In this document: positions 20,027-30,383 of the stretch, one piece after another
Layout: every line of letters starts with the position of its first letter
Numbering within the stretch: the first letter of the stretch is position 1
Source of the DNA: an uncultured Gammaproteobacteria bacterium
GTDB lineage: Bacteria > Patescibacteriota > Patescibacteriia > Magasanikbacterales > GCA-002688135
NCBI GenBank assembly: GCA_964536205.1
Contig: CAZHVT010000004.1
Coordinates: 17,960 to 81,959 of the forward strand
Length of the DNA: 64,000 bases
Direction: 5' to 3'
The notes under the pieces: generated by a model
Told to the model about the DNA's origin: nothing
Seen by the model: the letters and a program-made list of their open reading frames with translations, nothing else
Databases searched by the model: none
Program-made: the position numbers and the translations under genes

Positions 20027-20402
20027 AGGTTTAAAAATGCTCGGGATCGATTATGGTGAAACCCATATCGGTTTTGCGTTTAAACCAGAAGGATCAAAGC
20101 TTGCTGTCCCACATCAAATTTTCGACAGAAAACCTGGAGATCGAGAAGTATTGATTGAGGAAGTAAAAGATATTATTGAAGAGTTAGAAGTAGAGATGGT
20201 GATCGTAGGCTTGCCTCTCACGCTCCAAGGAAAGCCAGACAAGATGTGCGATCGCGTAGCATTATTCATTCATGATCTGCGCAAAAATATCTCGATAAGG
20301 GTCGATCAAGAAGATGAACGCATGACAACGCGTATGGCTGGCAAGCATGCTCACGATCTCTCTGCTGCAATCATTTTACAAACGTATATAGATACTAACT
20401 AA
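20013..20402 (+). CDS. ruvX: YqgF/RuvX-like Holliday-junction resolvase-like nuclease
   Basis: MLGIDYGETHIGFAF... matches the YqgF N-terminal motif. Confidence 0.8.
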   Translation: MSKLEGLKMLGIDYGETHIGFAFKPEGSKLAVPHQIFDRKPGDREVLIEEVKDIIEELEVEMVIVGLPLTLQGKPDKMCDRVALFIHDLRKNISIRVDQEDERMTTRMAGKHAHDLSAAIILQTYIDTN

Positions 20403-20406
20403 GTGT

Positions 20407-20961
20407 GTGAGTTACAACACAAAAGCTGTAATACTTTCACGTCGTCCTTATCTTGAGGACGATTGTTTAGTTACGATGTTTACACAGCGATATGGAAAGA
20501 TACAGGCGCGAGCGATTTCAGCACTCAAGCCAAAAAGTAAATTACGCGGGCACTTAGAGCAGGGTAGATTGGTTGATGTCATGCTCACACAAATAGACAG
20601 ACAGGGAAAACTCGCACAAATCATCACATTAAAAAATTATGCCTCGTCTGATCCAATACGATTTACAGCACTAACCGCGATATTAGAATTGACGGACTTG
20701 ATGTCACAACCTACTCCAGATATAGATTTGTGGAGAAGCGTACAATCAGCGTTGAGTGGAGTGCGAGATATCTCATCTCTAGATCAGTTAATAAACACAT
20801 TATCAGCAGGGATGATGGGGATTCTTAAAAGCGGCGGAATTGGAATGGAATCTGCATCAAATCTCGGCCAAATTCACGCACATATTCAATGGAATCTCGG
20901 TAAAAAAATCAATAGTCTAAGCAAGATTGGGGCACTTGAACTCAAACAAACAATTAGTTAA
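20407..20961 (+). CDS. recO: RecO-like DNA repair protein (short), GTG start
   Basis: N-terminus AVILSRRPYLEDDCLVTMFTQRYGKIQARA resembles the RecO OB-fold N-terminal domain. Confidence 0.55.
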   Translation: MSYNTKAVILSRRPYLEDDCLVTMFTQRYGKIQARAISALKPKSKLRGHLEQGRLVDVMLTQIDRQGKLAQIITLKNYASSDPIRFTALTAILELTDLMSQPTPDIDLWRSVQSALSGVRDISSLDQLINTLSAGMMGILKSGGIGMESASNLGQIHAHIQWNLGKKINSLSKIGALELKQTIS

Positions 20962-20970
20962 GATGCGTCT

Positions 20971-22257
20971 ATGATACACATAAAAGATATCGCTAAACAC
21001 GAGGGAAAAGAGGTAGAAATCAATGGTTGGGCCTACAATATGAGATCAAGCGGCAAGCTTGGCTTTATTCAGTTACGAGACGGATCAGGGATAATTCAGG
21101 CTGTGGTATCAAAGTCTGATGTTTCAGAAGATGCATGGCGAGCTGTGCAAGATATGACAATAGAATCATCTGTGAAGGTGAGAGGATTAGTAAAGAAGGA
21201 TGATCGATCAGCTTCAGGATTTGAGCTTCAGGCAATCGACGTATCTCTCATTCACAAAGCTCCGGAATATCCAATTGGAAAAAAAGAGCATGGCCCGGAT
21301 TTTTTATTGAACAATAGGCATCTTTGGTTACGCTCAAAACGACAATGGGCAATCCAGCGAATAAGATGGGGAATCACAAAAGCAATCTATGATTTTCTCG
21401 AACAAGATGGATGTGTAAAATTTGATTCACCAATACTCACACCAAATGCATGCGAAGGAACAACGACACTTTTTGAAATTGATTATTTTGATGAAACTGC
21501 ATATCTATCACAATCGGGACAGTTATATCTGGAAGCCGGTGCATATTCACTCGGAAGAGTATTTGATTTCGGCCCAGTTTTCCGTGCAGAGAAATCCAAA
21601 ACACGAAGACACCTTATGGAGTTTTGGATGCTCGATGTAGAACTCGCATTTGTGAATTGGCAGGGTAATATGGATCATCAAGAAGCGTTGATCAAATTTG
21701 TTGTTCAATCCATACTAGAAAAATATAGTAATGAATTGAAGATTTTAGAACGAGATACAACGCTATTAGAAGGTATGAATAAGCCATTTCCGCGTCTCAC
21801 TCATGCAGACGCTGTTGCAAAGTTGAAAGAGTTAGGTTCTGATATTGGTGAGCGTGATGATCTTGGAGGAGATGATGAAACAATACTCACACAACAGTAC
21901 AATACACCTATTTTCATTGAAAAATATCCTGCAGAAGTAAAAGCATTTTACATGAAACGAGATCCAGAAGATGATTCTCTCGCTCTATGTTCTGATATGC
22001 TCGCGCCAGAAGGATATGGAGAAGTGATTGGAGGAGCGCAGCGTGAAGAAGATCACGATACACTACTCAAAAGAATTAATGAACACAAATTGAGTCCAGA
22101 AACATTTCAGTGGTATCTCGATCTAAGAAAGTATGGAGCAATAGAAACTTCAGGATATGGATTAGGATTGGAAAGGCTTGTTTCATGGATATGCGGATTA
22201 AAGCATGTCAGAGAGACAATCCCATTTCCACGAATGCTCAATCGACTGTATCCGTAA
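20971..22257 (+). CDS. asnS: asparaginyl-tRNA synthetase (class IIb)
   Basis: 428 aa with an anticodon-binding OB fold. FRAEKSKTRRHLMEFWMLDVELAF is the AsnRS-type motif 2. Confidence 0.85.
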   Translation: MIHIKDIAKHEGKEVEINGWAYNMRSSGKLGFIQLRDGSGIIQAVVSKSDVSEDAWRAVQDMTIESSVKVRGLVKKDDRSASGFELQAIDVSLIHKAPEYPIGKKEHGPDFLLNNRHLWLRSKRQWAIQRIRWGITKAIYDFLEQDGCVKFDSPILTPNACEGTTTLFEIDYFDETAYLSQSGQLYLEAGAYSLGRVFDFGPVFRAEKSKTRRHLMEFWMLDVELAFVNWQGNMDHQEALIKFVVQSILEKYSNELKILERDTTLLEGMNKPFPRLTHADAVAKLKELGSDIGERDDLGGDDETILTQQYNTPIFIEKYPAEVKAFYMKRDPEDDSLALCSDMLAPEGYGEVIGGAQREEDHDTLLKRINEHKLSPETFQWYLDLRKYGAIETSGYGLGLERLVSWICGLKHVRETIPFPRMLNRLYP

Positions 22258-22408
22258 CAAGTAAACAACAAGTACCAAATAACAAAAAACAAACAAATCG
22301 GAAAATTCAAATCTCAAATTCCAAAAAAGCACGATCATGACGTTTGAAATTTGGTGCCTGAGAATTGTAATTTCCCGCAGGGCTATGTACATAGAACCAA
22401 ATGTAAAA

Positions 22409-23494
22409 ATGCTGAAAAAAACCTTCTTGGGATCTACTATGTTCCTCATCATTGTGTTTTTACTATTTTTTATAGTGATGTGGGGGAAAGAAGCAGCGAT
22501 AGAAGAGCCGAAGGTTATTGGTTTATCGGGAGAATTAATAAAAGAAGATGGTGTATTTTGGGTCGATAAGCAGGTGATATTTTCTGAGAAAAATTTGGAT
22601 GGTTTGGTGGGTGAAACAGTTGCGGTTGTCGGAACGCTAGATGACGAGGGATTATTGATGATTGATCAATTATTAACATCACCAAAAGAAGAACCAAAAA
22701 AAATACCTGAAAGTGAAACATATCGAGCTACGGCAAAATCGAATCTAGCATTTTCTGTGAATGTTCCAAATAGTTGGCAGGTGCGAGATAAATCGACAGA
22801 TGCAAATGGATGGCTCGTACTTACAAAAGGAAAAAAGAAAATCGAACTTAATAGATTTCCGGATGCAGAAGATATAGGTGTGCAATTCGAACCAGTTCCG
22901 GTAAGTGAAAAACCAATTCTCATAAATGGCTTCCCGTATCTTGAGCAAAGAGCAATAGCACAAACAACAAAACGAATGATGGATTACATAACTCCATCAG
23001 AAGAGTGTTTGAAAGATGATGCATGTCCGCGATTCATGGCATCATCAAACGAATCCGATCCAGAAACAACTGTAGTTATACAGAATGTGATGAGTGATTT
23101 AGTATTTCTACCAGAACCACAAGGATGGAAAATATTACGACACTCATTAAAAAATTCGGATTGGAATATGTATTTGTACTACCCACCCGAGTTTGAGCTT
23201 GTACCATCGGAGAAAGGATATGTATTGATGAGTCCAGCGGAAAACATTGATATTCATATTGCAGATGAAATTCCAGGACATCATATTACTGGCGTGGGAG
23301 AGAAAGAAACTGAAATCATCAAGCTTCCAACAAGAGATGAAAAGTTGTATCACACAGAAAGTCCTAAGGACGGTAAGCCATTTGACGCAATGTTATTGAG
23401 AAATCCAGATGACACGCAACACATCCTCATCACCGGTTTGGGTCATGGATTCAACGCAGCAATCCGAACAATAGTATTTGAGGAAAAACAGTAG
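22409..23494 (+). CDS. hypothetical secreted or membrane-anchored protein
   Basis: The internal Met gives an N-terminal TM/signal segment (MLKKTFLGSTMFLIIVFLLFFIVMW). No recognised domain. Confidence 0.45.
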   Translation: MLKKTFLGSTMFLIIVFLLFFIVMWGKEAAIEEPKVIGLSGELIKEDGVFWVDKQVIFSEKNLDGLVGETVAVVGTLDDEGLLMIDQLLTSPKEEPKKIPESETYRATAKSNLAFSVNVPNSWQVRDKSTDANGWLVLTKGKKKIELNRFPDAEDIGVQFEPVPVSEKPILINGFPYLEQRAIAQTTKRMMDYITPSEECLKDDACPRFMASSNESDPETTVVIQNVMSDLVFLPEPQGWKILRHSLKNSDWNMYLYYPPEFELVPSEKGYVLMSPAENIDIHIADEIPGHHITGVGEKETEIIKLPTRDEKLYHTESPKDGKPFDAMLLRNPDDTQHILITGLGHGFNAAIRTIVFEEKQ

Positions 23495-23543
23495 ACGTGA
23501 TTTTGAATTTCGAGTATACTAAGACAGTAATTTAAGGAATTTT

Positions 23544-24983
23544 ATGAAAAGAACTCTAATAAAAGAGACGCACAACAACGTCGACAATGAAGTAAGGTTG
23601 ATAGGTTGGGTCGATACGCGGCGTGACATGGGGAAGATGGTATTCATCGAACTCAAGGATCGCACGGGCGTGATTCAATGCACATTACTTCCTGATGCAT
23701 CTGATGAGGCAAAGGCTATCGCAGCTGAAATCCGACCACAATTTGTGGTATCGATTACAGGAAAAGTTGTGAAACGCCCTGAAAAAATGGTGAAGGCTGA
23801 TAAACCATTTGGCGATGTGGAGTTGGTTGTAAGCGCATTGGAAATAATCAACTCATCGGAAACTCCTCCGTTTCCATTAGAAACAGATGGCACAGAAATA
23901 AAAGAAGAATTGCGATTAGAATATCGCTATTTAGACATGCGCCGAAATCGTGTACGCCGCAACATGGTGGTACGATCACAAGTATTCTCAATGATTCGGG
24001 ATATCATGCGCGATTTAGAATTCCTTGAAATTGACACGCCAGTTCTCACAAAAGGCACACCAGAAGGAGCTCGCGAATATCTCGTACCTGCGAGAAATAA
24101 ACCAGGAGAATTTTACGTATTGCCACAATCTCCACAACAATTCAAGCAGTTGTTGATGGTTGGTGGGTTAGAAAGGTATTTTCAAATCGCACGATGTTTC
24201 CGCGATGAAGATGTACGTGCAGATCGTCATCAAGAATTCATTCAACTTGATATTGAAATGAGTTTTGTGAAACAAGAAGAAGTGATGGAGACAGCGGAAA
24301 AGATTTTTGTAACACTCATAGAACAAATTCAAAACTACAAAGTGACAGATAAAGATTGGCCAGAATGGGCAGAGTTTGTAAAAAATTGCCCGCGATTACA
24401 ATCAAAAGAATTTCCCATCATGACCTATGCCGAAGCGATGGAAAAATTCGGTACAGACAAACCTGACATCAGAAATAATAAAGATGATCCGTCAGAACTC
24501 GCATTTCTGTGGGTAGTAGACTTCCCATTATTTGAAGATGCTGGAGATGGAAAACTCGCATCATCTCATCATCCGTTCACCATGCCGCATCCAGATGACA
24601 TGGATAAGCTCGAATCAGATCCATTATCAGTGCGTTCATATGCATATGATTTAGTATTGAATGGATACGAAGTTGGGGGAGGAAGTATTCGTATTCATGA
24701 TCCAGAATTGCAAAAGAAAATTTTCACCATGCTGGGTGTTGATGAAAAACAACAGGAAATCAAATTCGGACATTTGTTACGCGCATTTGAATACGGCGTA
24801 CCACCACACGGCGGAATTGCTCCAGGACTCGGACGGTTATTGATGGTATTACTCAACGAACCAAGCATTCGCGAAGTTATTCCATTCCCAAAAACTGGAG
24901 ATGGAAATGACCTATTGATGGGTGCACCAAGTCCAGTTCCAGAACATCGTCTCGATGAAGCACACATCAAAATCCAAAAATAA
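23544..24983 (+). CDS. aspS: aspartyl-tRNA synthetase with a reduced insertion domain
   Basis: LEYRYLDMRRN, QSPQQFKQLLMVGGLERYFQIARCFRDEDVRADRHQEFIQLDIEMSF (motif 2) and GGSIRIHD (motif 3). Confidence 0.88.
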   Translation: MKRTLIKETHNNVDNEVRLIGWVDTRRDMGKMVFIELKDRTGVIQCTLLPDASDEAKAIAAEIRPQFVVSITGKVVKRPEKMVKADKPFGDVELVVSALEIINSSETPPFPLETDGTEIKEELRLEYRYLDMRRNRVRRNMVVRSQVFSMIRDIMRDLEFLEIDTPVLTKGTPEGAREYLVPARNKPGEFYVLPQSPQQFKQLLMVGGLERYFQIARCFRDEDVRADRHQEFIQLDIEMSFVKQEEVMETAEKIFVTLIEQIQNYKVTDKDWPEWAEFVKNCPRLQSKEFPIMTYAEAMEKFGTDKPDIRNNKDDPSELAFLWVVDFPLFEDAGDGKLASSHHPFTMPHPDDMDKLESDPLSVRSYAYDLVLNGYEVGGGSIRIHDPELQKKIFTMLGVDEKQQEIKFGHLLRAFEYGVPPHGGIAPGLGRLLMVLLNEPSIREVIPFPKTGDGNDLLMGAPSPVPEHRLDEAHIKIQK

Positions 24984-24988
24984 TCTAT

Positions 24989-25567
24989 ATGAGGGAGGAG
25001 TTATTTCCGCATGACAAAATCATGGCGGTTACATTTTTACCGTTGATACCACGATGGGTTACGCCAAATGCAATTACGATTGCCAGATTCGTACTCACAC
25101 CGCTGGTTGTATTTTTGATTCTGATAGAAAATTATAATATCGGAATTCCGTTATTTATCGCAACAGCATTCACAGATGTGTTGGATGGATCACTCGCACG
25201 AGTTCGAAAAAAAGTAACAGAGTGGGGAACCTTGTATGATCCAGTCGCAGACAAGCTATTAATCGGATCATCTTTGGCAGTATTGGTCGTGCGTTACATC
25301 CATCCAATTATCGCAGTTATCATTATCTTGATGGAAGTGATTTTTTTGACAGGAGGATACAGAAAAAAATGTCGAGGGAAAATTGCATGTCCTTCGTGGT
25401 ATGGCAAATTCAAAATGATGTTTCAAACACTCGGCGTCACACTTATTTTGGTAGCAGTCGCATACGACATATCAATACTCGTATATGCATCCACTATTTC
25501 ATTTCTCATCTCAATCACACTCGGAATCATCAATCTAATAAAGTATGGCGTCAACATCACCAACTGA
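24989..25567 (+). CDS. CDP-alcohol phosphatidyltransferase family protein
   Basis: Contains the D-x2-DG-x2-AR...G-x3-D-x3-D signature (DVLDGSLARVRKKVTEWGTLYDPVADK). Confidence 0.7.
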   Translation: MREELFPHDKIMAVTFLPLIPRWVTPNAITIARFVLTPLVVFLILIENYNIGIPLFIATAFTDVLDGSLARVRKKVTEWGTLYDPVADKLLIGSSLAVLVVRYIHPIIAVIIILMEVIFLTGGYRKKCRGKIACPSWYGKFKMMFQTLGVTLILVAVAYDISILVYASTISFLISITLGIINLIKYGVNITN

Positions 25568-26270
25568 AACATCAACAGAATACAGCGTGAAGACAGAGCA
25601 ATTCGAAGGTCCATTTGGTGTGTTGTTGGAGTTAATTGAAGCGCAAAAATTAGACATCACAGAGATTTCATTAAGTACGGTGGCAGAACAATTTTTGGAA
25701 TATATCGATACGCATCATGAATTGCCAGCACAAGAATTAGCAGATTTCTTGTTAGTTGCATCGCGATTACTGTACATCAAATCAAAGGCACTACTCCCTC
25801 GTTTGGGACCCGAAGAAGAGGATGATGGATTATCGCTCGAATCGCAGTTAAGGATGTATAAGGCATATATCGATGCAGCAAAAGTAATCGAGGGAAGGGT
25901 GGCAAGTTCACAAACATCATTTTTTGGAAAAATAAAAGGACCACAGCTCGCAACAGGATTTTATCCACCTCAATCACTAAAAGCAGAAGATCTGGAAGAT
26001 GCGATGCTAAATATACTTAAGAGGTTAGAGCCGCTATTGTCTTTACCAAAAGTTCAGGTTGAGCGCGTAGTTTCCATCAATGAAAAGATTTCGCATATTA
26101 AAGAGCGATTAACAAAACAAGCCACCATGACGTTTCGCGAGGCACTGGATCAGGGAACGCGGGTGGATGCGATAGTGAGTTTTTTGGCTTTGCTGGAGCT
26201 CGTGAAAAATCGATCAATCGATGTAAAACAAACAAATCTATTTGAGGACATGATAATCGAAAAGGTATGA
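25545..26270 (+). CDS. scpA: segregation and condensation protein A
   Basis: GPFGVLLELIEAQKLDITEISLSTVAEQFLEYI. Confidence 0.8.
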   Translation: MASTSPTETSTEYSVKTEQFEGPFGVLLELIEAQKLDITEISLSTVAEQFLEYIDTHHELPAQELADFLLVASRLLYIKSKALLPRLGPEEEDDGLSLESQLRMYKAYIDAAKVIEGRVASSQTSFFGKIKGPQLATGFYPPQSLKAEDLEDAMLNILKRLEPLLSLPKVQVERVVSINEKISHIKERLTKQATMTFREALDQGTRVDAIVSFLALLELVKNRSIDVKQTNLFEDMIIEKV

Positions 26271-26821
26271 ACACGAATGAATCTACAATAGAAGCGTTAT
26301 TATTTGTGGCAGGATCAGAAATGAGCGCAAAAAAAATAGCTGACACAACCAACCTGAAAATTGAGGAAGTTGAGCAGCACCTCAAAACAATTGAGGAAAA
26401 ATACCACGACAAAAGTGGGGTTGTATTAATGCGATCAGGATCAAAAGTACGATTAGCGACAAATCCACATATCGCACCAACAATCGCAGAATATTTAAAC
26501 AGCGAAGTTACAGGGGATCTCACGCGACCACAACTAGAAACCCTCACTATCATCGCGTATCGCGGTCCCATCATCAAACCAGAAATCGAAATGATTCGAG
26601 GTGTAAATTGCACAATCATTTTGAGAAATTTATTGATGCGAGGATTTGTGGAAGAATCAGCTGGAGCCATCGAGCCAAAATATTCAGTCACATTAGATTT
26701 TCTCCGATATCTCGGTGTGCAAGATGCAAGTCAGTTACCAAATCACGAAAAGCTCGCATCAGATGATTTGATTGAGAGATTACAAGAGGTTGTCGATCAG
26801 CAAACTAAAGAACACACATGA
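26267..26821 (+). CDS. scpB: segregation and condensation protein B
   Basis: Winged-helix repeats: EALLFVAGSEMSAKKIA... and TRPQLETLTIIAYRGPIIKPEIEMIRGV. Confidence 0.8.
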   Translation: MNTNESTIEALLFVAGSEMSAKKIADTTNLKIEEVEQHLKTIEEKYHDKSGVVLMRSGSKVRLATNPHIAPTIAEYLNSEVTGDLTRPQLETLTIIAYRGPIIKPEIEMIRGVNCTIILRNLLMRGFVEESAGAIEPKYSVTLDFLRYLGVQDASQLPNHEKLASDDLIERLQEVVDQQTKEHT

Positions 26822-27759
26822 TTCAGATAGTACTCTCACTCATCAGCGCATTGGGCGTTTCAGTTGGAATTGTAGACGAACCGCGCAGTACTCCATCATT
26901 CAGTGTCACACCTGTGGCATTAGCTGCTGATACTCAAACAATTTCTCGTGCACGCGGAATGCCGCGATTAGGCGATAGAGAAGTTGTACAAAAAAGAATT
27001 GATAAAGCTTCTCCAGAAAAATTAAATGGGCGGGCAGCTCTTGTGGTAGATAACACATCAGAAGCAATTTTATACGAATATCAGGCAGATACAGTCGTGC
27101 CATATGCAAGCATTACAAAGCTCGCAACAGCGCTCACATTTGTAGGAACAGAAACAAATCTTGATACAGAAATTGAAATTATTGAAGAAGATGTTATTGA
27201 GGAATTTTCAGCACTCGCGGTTGGAGATGTGGTGACGCATAGAGATTTGTTAGGTTTGGCGTTGGTAGGATCATCAAATTCAGCTGCGCATACGCTCATA
27301 CGAGCATCTGGATTTACAAGAGAATATTATATTGGTCGAATGAATCAGGTCGGACAGGAATTAGGGTTAACAAACTCACGATTTGTCGGACCATCAGGGT
27401 TAGACCCAAAAAATGTTGGGACAGCGCGCGATGCATATAGGTTGTTAAAAGCTGCACTCGCACATCCAGATTTAGCAGAAGTGATGGGAGATTCAGAATA
27501 TGTATTTTCAAACGGAGAGAAAAACAAAAAAGTATTTTCAACAAACGCTTTTAAGATTGGGGTTCTGCCATTTGATGGAGACACAATCATTGGCGCAAAA
27601 ACAGGACACATTCCAGAAGCAGGATTTCATTTTGCTATGGAGGCGCGAGATATAAACGGCGCAATTCGACAGGTGATTGTGATGGGAGCGCCGGGTCATT
27701 TAGATCGATTCACTGAAGCAGAGCGTTTATTACTTTGGGCTCAAGAATCATCAGAATAA
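26818..27759 (+). CDS. D-alanyl-D-alanine carboxypeptidase-like (S11 peptidase, PBP5/6 family)
   Basis: SITK (SxxK) active-site motif, SxN-like and KTG (GAKTGHI) motifs. Confidence 0.75.
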   Translation: MIQIVLSLISALGVSVGIVDEPRSTPSFSVTPVALAADTQTISRARGMPRLGDREVVQKRIDKASPEKLNGRAALVVDNTSEAILYEYQADTVVPYASITKLATALTFVGTETNLDTEIEIIEEDVIEEFSALAVGDVVTHRDLLGLALVGSSNSAAHTLIRASGFTREYYIGRMNQVGQELGLTNSRFVGPSGLDPKNVGTARDAYRLLKAALAHPDLAEVMGDSEYVFSNGEKNKKVFSTNAFKIGVLPFDGDTIIGAKTGHIPEAGFHFAMEARDINGAIRQVIVMGAPGHLDRFTEAERLLLWAQESSE

Positions 27760-27760
27760 T

Positions 27761-28246
27761 ATGTCATTTTGGATTTCACTCGCACCGCAAATAAAAATCT
27801 TTTTACTCGCAATGCTCCCCATCATTGAGGTTCGTGGTGCTATTCCGCTTGGACTCACGGTATACGATCAGTCAATTATTACTACATTCATATTTGGAGC
27901 TGCAGGAAATTTCATCGCAGCCGCAATCGTATTTTTAGGATTACACATGTTCGGCGACAAAGTCATCGAAAAGATTCCTAAGATCGGACCGATGCTAGAA
28001 AAATATCTCGCCAGGGCCCGTAGAATTTTTAAGGGAAAGTACGAGCACTGGGGAGTACTCGGACTAATTTTATTTGTAGGAATTCCATTACCGATGACAG
28101 GGGGGTGGACGGGAGCTGCGGCAGCGTATGTATTCGGATTCCCAAAAAAGAAATCACTCGCCGCGCTCGCTGCGGGTGTACTTCTTGCATCCACGGTAAT
28201 GACGCTTCTCACGACAGGAATTGAATGGATAATAAGGTTGTTTTAG
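27761..28246 (+). CDS. small polytopic membrane protein (COG2426-like)
   Basis: 161 aa with 4 predicted TM helices. Confidence 0.45.
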   Translation: MSFWISLAPQIKIFLLAMLPIIEVRGAIPLGLTVYDQSIITTFIFGAAGNFIAAAIVFLGLHMFGDKVIEKIPKIGPMLEKYLARARRIFKGKYEHWGVLGLILFVGIPLPMTGGWTGAAAAYVFGFPKKKSLAALAAGVLLASTVMTLLTTGIEWIIRLF

Positions 28247-28265
28247 CAGGTAGCAGGTAGTAGTT

Positions 28266-28292
28266 TAAAAAACGGCGTAAGCCGTTTTTTTT
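28266..28292. terminator. bidirectional rho-independent terminator
   Basis: AAAAAACGGC-gtaa-GCCGTTTTTTTT between convergent genes. Confidence 0.6.
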
Positions 28293-28321
28293 GTAGAACG
28301 TATGGCGTACATCGTACAACA

Positions 28322-28786
28322 TTAAATAATCACCTTAACTAAGATCGCCAACAAAAACGCCTGCATCACAAAGCCATGTTTCAAAGACATGTCTTTTTTT
28401 CTGTCAACAAAATAATTATGAAACCAGAAATGCACACGATGAAATGCTTCCAGCCACGGATGTTTATATAACTCACACAATCCAACCAACAAATCGGGGA
28501 GTACAGAACCAACTAATCCCCACGCAACAATAGTAGCATTTACATTTGGAACATAAGCAAAAACCCAAGCGACGAGCATAACAGCAGCAAGTGCATCAAA
28601 ACTTACCTTAGCAAGGGCCTGTTTCATCTTCTTGCCACTTTTATATTCCTTATACAAATGAGCATCGCCATGAGGAATCATGTCGATCAAAAGATGCGAA
28701 ATAAAGCCCAAAACAAAGGCCCAGAAAGCCGTAGGGCTATTTTGAGCTACAACTGCTCCAACTGCGACATGAGTGGCGATTAGCAT
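28322..28786 (-). CDS. membrane-bound metal-dependent hydrolase-like protein (YdjM/DUF457-like)
   Basis: 154 aa with TM segments and HLLIDMIPHGDAH. Confidence 0.45.
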   Translation of the reverse strand: MLIATHVAVGAVVAQNSPTAFWAFVLGFISHLLIDMIPHGDAHLYKEYKSGKKMKQALAKVSFDALAAVMLVAWVFAYVPNVNATIVAWGLVGSVLPDLLVGLCELYKHPWLEAFHRVHFWFHNYFVDRKKDMSLKHGFVMQAFLLAILVKVII

Positions 28787-28961
28787 AAAAGACTAATTTT
28801 ATTGGAATATAGTATAGCAGATTTCCTACAAAAAGTCATTTGTGGATTATGAACGCTAAAAAAGCACATTTTGTTGCATATATTATTACAAAATTAGTAT
28901 CAAATATAATACTAAATTTAGCAAAATAACCAAAAAAAGAAAAGAAAGGGTAAGACTACCA

Positions 28962-28990
28962 TTGACAAAATAACAAAAACATGATAGTAT
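28962..28990 (+). promoter_or_regulatory. strong sigma70-type promoter reading into the GC-rich island
   Basis: TTGACA, 17 nt, TAGTAT, about 60 nt upstream of the first island ORF. Confidence 0.5.
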
Positions 28991-29049
28991 ATGCGCGTAT
29001 TACATGAAGTAGTACGAGAACATTACAAGACGTAGGTTTTGGAGATGAC

Positions 29050-29265
29050 ATGCGGCGAATGTTGCGAAAAATAAAGCGCGTTATCCAGCACTGGCTGGAC
29101 GAGCAACGTGAGGCAATTTTCTTTTTCCGATACCTGTGGGTACGGACGAAAGTGGATTGCAGAATGGGTCTGATCGAGGAGTTTCTCTTCGACCCAAGCG
29201 CGTTGAAACAGCGCTACTTCGAAGAACGAAAGTTCGAGCAATCGCTGGCAGGTCGCTGGCGTTAG
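29050..29265 (+). CDS. hypothetical protein (island gene 1)
   Basis: 71 aa with a GGAG RBS. First ORF after the composition jump. Confidence 0.35.
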   Translation: MRRMLRKIKRVIQHWLDEQREAIFFFRYLWVRTKVDCRMGLIEEFLFDPSALKQRYFEERKFEQSLAGRWR

Positions 29266-29316
29266 CTTTCATATTGAGCCTGTTCCCGGGCTAAAAGAAA
29301 GGGGAGTGGAGCGAGC

Positions 29317-29628
29317 ATGAGTAAGAATTCCGTAGTCGTAGGTGATGGCATCACAGTGACGCGCGCGCAGTTGAAGCGCGCGCAGAAGCAGTATGCCAGA
29401 CGCAAAGGTGGCTTGCCGGGTTTCTGGCAGACAGCACTGGACCTCATGGGTCCGGAGCCGGAGCGGGTCAAGAAGACTCGTTCTGCCAAGCCGCGTCGGA
29501 AGCCGGTTGATACTGGTTTCTCGGAGGGTTACCTCGCTCAGCACAAGGCCGAGATCGGCCTGTCGAGTAAGGATCGGCGCCGCGAGCGTCGGGCCGCATC
29601 GAAGCGGTCTCGTCATCGTGACGAATAA
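29317..29628 (+). CDS. hypothetical highly basic protein (island gene 2)
   Basis: 103 aa. RBS GGGGAGTGGAG. K/R-rich C-terminal half (KKTRSAKPRRKP...RRRERRAASKRSRHRDE). Confidence 0.45.
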   Translation: MSKNSVVVGDGITVTRAQLKRAQKQYARRKGGLPGFWQTALDLMGPEPERVKKTRSAKPRRKPVDTGFSEGYLAQHKAEIGLSSKDRRRERRAASKRSRHRDE

Positions 29629-29800
29629 TCCTCGGCTTCGGCCAACCCCGAATCTACAAACTCTGGACTGTTGTGAAACAGACCACATAACCCGCGAGCA
29701 AGACCAAGGTCAAGTTCGCGGATCTAACTCGGTTGCTCAACAAAGTGTTGAGAGACCGTGAGGATCATTAACCCCATCCCTGGGGCAAAAGAATAAGGGC

Positions 29801-29869
29801 ATGGAGATGCAAATGTTGACGTTTGGCATTATCCAGCTGGCCGTTTTGGTCGGCGCCGTCATCCTGTAA
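29801..29869 (+). CDS. candidate 22-aa hydrophobic peptide (MEMQMLTFGIIQLAVLVGAVIL)
   Basis: Follows leader copy L1 (29757 CGTGAGGAT...AAAAGAATAAGGGC). Followed by hairpin 29893-29922. Confidence 0.3.
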   Translation: MEMQMLTFGIIQLAVLVGAVIL

Positions 29870-30002
29870 GGGTGGCTGGCGGGGGTGTCGCGGTTTACGA
29901 ACCTAGCGACACCTCTCCAACTTGAAAGCTTAATCATTCGATTCAGCTTTCGTGAGGAGACACACTCAAAGACCTTTGAAAAACACATAGTCAGGAGAGG
30001 TA

Positions 30003-30257
30003 ATGAACCCGGAATTGATGAATTTGTTGGTCGTACTGACCATGTGCTGGTTCTGCCTCGGCGCGATTGCTCACATGGTGGGTGGTCAAAAGTGGGCGAA
30101 CAAAGTCTGGAGATGGCCGTTCAAGATGATCGGAAAAGCCATCCGTTGGGTGTTGGTCCAGATTCGAGCTTTCATTCGTGAGGCTCTGGTCGGACTCTGG
30201 AATGCACTGCGAGGACGCAGAGGTAACCAAAACAACAACCGCGGCAACAACCCATGA
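30003..30257 (+). CDS. hypothetical 84-aa membrane protein: one TM helix, then an amphipathic basic helix and an RG/N-rich tail
   Basis: RBS AGGAGAGG. Leader CGTGAGGAG at 29951. Paired hairpins downstream at 30283-30355. Confidence 0.45.
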   Translation: MNPELMNLLVVLTMCWFCLGAIAHMVGGQKWANKVWRWPFKMIGKAIRWVLVQIRAFIREALVGLWNALRGRRGNQNNNRGNNP

Positions 30258-30383
30258 CTCAACCCTAACCCGCGAGCAGCATATGCGTCGCGGCAAGCCC
30301 TGTACCCAACGTGGTACAGGGATCCAAATCGATTTCGCAGTCCTGAATTGCGAAGTCACGAGGATTCATTCACAGGAGGAGAG

